Shown: positions 42,422 to 45,186 of the stretch, piece after piece
Layout of the letters: every line of letters starts with the position of its first letter
Numbering within the stretch: the stretch's first letter is position 1
DNA from: Macrostomum lignano
Taxonomy: Eukaryota
DNA length: 45,186 bases
NCBI GenBank assembly: GCA_002269645.1
Contig: NIVC01000310.1
Coordinates: 1 to 45,186, forward strand
Reading direction: 5' to 3'
Notes under the pieces: model-generated
Seen by the model: only the letters and a program-made list of their open reading frames with translations
Database searches by the model: none
Told to the model about the DNA's origin: nothing
Position numbers and translations under genes: made by a program

Positions 42422-42745
42422 TACATGGTAGCCATCTATGCAGTGTTTGAATTGTGTGCATGGCAGCTGCATCTCAGCAGCTGCATGCACTAAAAACTTA
42501 TTATACAATATGATATCATATTCTGTTTGAATTATTGAAAATTAATGTTCAAGTTTACAAAATAGCTATAAATTGAGATGAAGTTGTACATAGGATCAAA
42601 CAATAAATTATTAAATAAGACTATAAGTTCTATGAGTTGCAACATGCAGATTTGAGGGAAAGGGTCTAATTTGGTATTTGCTATATTGCTGATCTATTGG
42701 CTGTTGTGCATACAATTAGAATACTGGGTAGATGGCTTCCATGTA
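42422..42745. mobile_element. Degenerate relative of the 25238-25678 MITE
   Basis: Inverted ends TACATGGTAGCCATCTA / TAGATGGCTTCCATGTA. Shares the AATTG(C/T)GTGCATGGCAG motif and the internal AATTAAT(A/G)TTCAAGTT(A/T)ACAAAA with the 25.2-kb element. Confidence 0.6.
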
Positions 42746-43986
42746 CAAATATTGCTTTTTGCAGCTTTGTTCTATCTACTATGGTTCAAAAGTTACATAC
42801 ATGCGCAACTTCTGAAATTACGCTGGCCGTGCGACTTAGTTTTCGATAAAAAATGTGACTTACCTATGAAAGAGCCAAGCAAAAACTTTAGGTAAACGGC
42901 AGGAGTAACTATGGCCATCTTTTTAAAGCTAAATGCCTCGCCAGCTAATTAGTGCTGCGTGCAGATTTCGCGTTTTTATAACAGCTAATCAGTATGTCAT
43001 CTAGTGGCGGCATGAAGCAATTAGTAAATTGTCAGTACAGTGTAGTGAGCATACTACAAAAGTCATGATTCATGAATGTCCAGAAGTAAGTAAAGTGAAT
43101 ACAGTGTGACCTATGGCTATAGCTCAAGAACAATTTGCTAGACGATTTGGCATGGAAGATGAGAGCCCTGATTCAGATGGCTCATCAGATGCAGAATACG
43201 AATCCAGTAGAGATACAAGCTGTGAAAACCCACAGATTTTTAAACCACTGAATTCTAATTCCCGGAACTATGTTTGCATAGATTCTAAATTTGAAGTCAT
43301 GCTCAAACAAAAACAAAAACAGTCTCTCAAAAATTTAGTCACGAGTCATGAAACCATAAGTAAATGGAGCATCATTAAGAACCATTTACTTTTTCAGTAC
43401 AAGACAAAAATTGAACTTGATTTTTCATACAATGCAATGTAACCTAATGGGGAAGAGTTTGAGGCTTGCAATTTTAGGCATGGAAAAAACAGCACAAACT
43501 GGTACAATTTTTTAGAATAGTGCTGTAATCAGACAGTCGCTAGGAAAGTCGTCAAAGAGCCTAAATCTGGCCAATACTAACTCACAAAACACTGCCTTTT
43601 AAAATTGAGGGATAAAATTAAAGCAAATGAAAAGTTGAATGCATTCTAGACAAATACATAAAAAATTGAGCTATGAAGTAGCATTATCTAGGCCAATAAG
43701 ATTAGTTGTGAATAAAAGAAACGCATCCTATAAATAATTTGATGCATTTTTTGCTGCCAATTTCAAAAGCTTGTTTCCAGTTTTTTTGCTATTGGTTTAA
43801 CTACAAAATATATTTAGCTAGAAAAAAGATTTTTTATGTCATTAATTTGGTAGGAAAGCTGCCTTTTATATTTATTTAGCATTTAGCATATTCATATTGA
43901 AGTCTCAGACAAAAGGTAAAGTTCAAGCAGCAAGTTTACTATTATAAAAAATCACCAAAAAATAATTTTGTATGCATATAAAATGT

Positions 43987-45050
43987 CTAGCAAAAAGAGT
44001 TTTCTTCTAGTATACCAATTAGTGACAAATCAGGAGTTGATGAAAATACATACTGAATAATTTCTACATGTAGAAGAAGCAAGTTCCAAAAATCATTATC
44101 ATCCTCTGTGACAAAGAAGCCTAATAACAATGGTAAAATAATAATAAGAGTATAAATATCTGCTGCTTTCATGGGAATTGAATAGTTATTTAGATGGCGC
44201 CTTTCAATTGGAGCAAACTTAATGGCAAAAAAGTTTTGAATACAGAATTTATTACTGCCACACTCAGGAGTTGTTTTGATATACAATTCAACAAAACAAA
44301 GCAGATAATAGTTTGTGATACTCCACATAGAAAATCATACATGATATCAGGTGGAAAAAACATTGGCAAAAAAATATAAGAAAGCTTATTAAAAGGGATG
44401 TTAAATCTTTCAAAGAAATCTTTATGCTCCCAACAAGGATGCAAAATACTTTCTGTTATTGATTGCAAAATATTATTAGCCTCAAAACTACAAAAGTGAC
44501 AAACTTTACTATAACAAAAATACTTTGGAAGACCCAAAATAGGATTAATAGCTAGAATATCACTAGCAAAGAAATACATCATAACATTAAGTCTAGTGGA
44601 AACATGATTACAAGAAAATTCAAACCCATCAAAGAAAAGTATGTTTAATTCTTCAATAATTACATCTAACAGTGATAAAGAAAATGTTTTTGAATTACAT
44701 AGACCAATCAAATGCCTACCTTCTTCTTTACTTTGAAAAAGTGGTAGAATATTGAGAATTTGATAATAAATACCAACTAACTTATTGAAACCTTTACTTG
44801 AACCAATAGGATTGCACACTTCAAATTCATCAGTATACAGAGAAATATGAATTGGATATTGAAAGTTACAGGACAAAATTTGAATTTCAGATTGAAAAAA
44901 GTAGAATTAAAGAAAGGACCAAAGCAACATTGTGGGTGATTAAAAACTAAATTTAAAAAATGCTTGTTCTGCAATATTCGGGACAATGAAGACTCAATTG
45001 GAATATAATAGCATGGCTTTGAAAGAAGACCATCAACTGATAAGTCTAAT
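43987..45050 (-). pseudogene. Decayed CMC/EnSpm-like (Plavaka-related) transposase
   Basis: LYTDEFEVCNPIGSSKGFNKLVGIYYQILNILP, D.LA.N.I.G...F....CHFC and PPDIMYDFLCG match the LYxDxxExxNPLG / CxxC / DxMHD pattern of animal EnSpm-like transposases. The ORF is split by frameshifts over 45103-44777, 44876-44190 and 44328-43987. The family assignment is from memory. Confidence 0.65.
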
Positions 45051-45186
45051 AAAATTAGATTAGCAACTAGCAATCTAGTGCGGCCCCCCTTCGGGGCGCC
45101 CAATAAGAAAGGAGCAAAAATAGTTCATGGAAAACAATAAAAAAACACATTTTCTTAAACACTAATTCCTTCTTCACATTTTAAAA

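Noticed and set aside
43113-43442. 109-aa ORF with acidic N-terminus
   Set aside because: No recognisable motif, AT-rich, and adjacent to a decayed transposase; probably element debris.

Overview
Eukaryotic (animal) genomic DNA, not prokaryotic. GC-rich coding exons are separated by GT-AG introns, most of which contain their own tandem repeat. AT-rich intergenic tracts are filled with small DNA-transposon derivatives. This architecture suggests a free-living flatworm such as Macrostomum (inference only). Five spliced genes were reconstructed by hand with consistent splice phases: two convergent SAMHD1-like HD-domain dNTPase paralogs (A, + strand, 5'-partial, 2-2090; B, - strand, 6271-10972, 488 aa, no SAM domain); an MFSD2-like MFS lipid transporter (- strand); TDP2 (+ strand); and NIM1K kinase (- strand). 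There are 23 tandem arrays; almost all long ORFs in the supplied track are translations of these arrays and are not genes. Four observations stand out. (1) A hAT-type MITE with an 8-bp target duplication sits inside an MFSD2 coding exon and carries splice sites that could remove it in frame as a new intron. (2) The intact-active-site SAMHD1 paralog B has lost guanine-sensing allosteric residues (D137G- and K455S-equivalents). (3) Some minisatellites are built from the splice donor itself, and a GTGAG/CTCAC core recurs across unrelated arrays. (4) There is a 49-bp complete micro-transposon and a palindrome-of-palindromes foldback element. Human residue numbers are recalled from memory and need confirming by alignment. 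No database searches were run.
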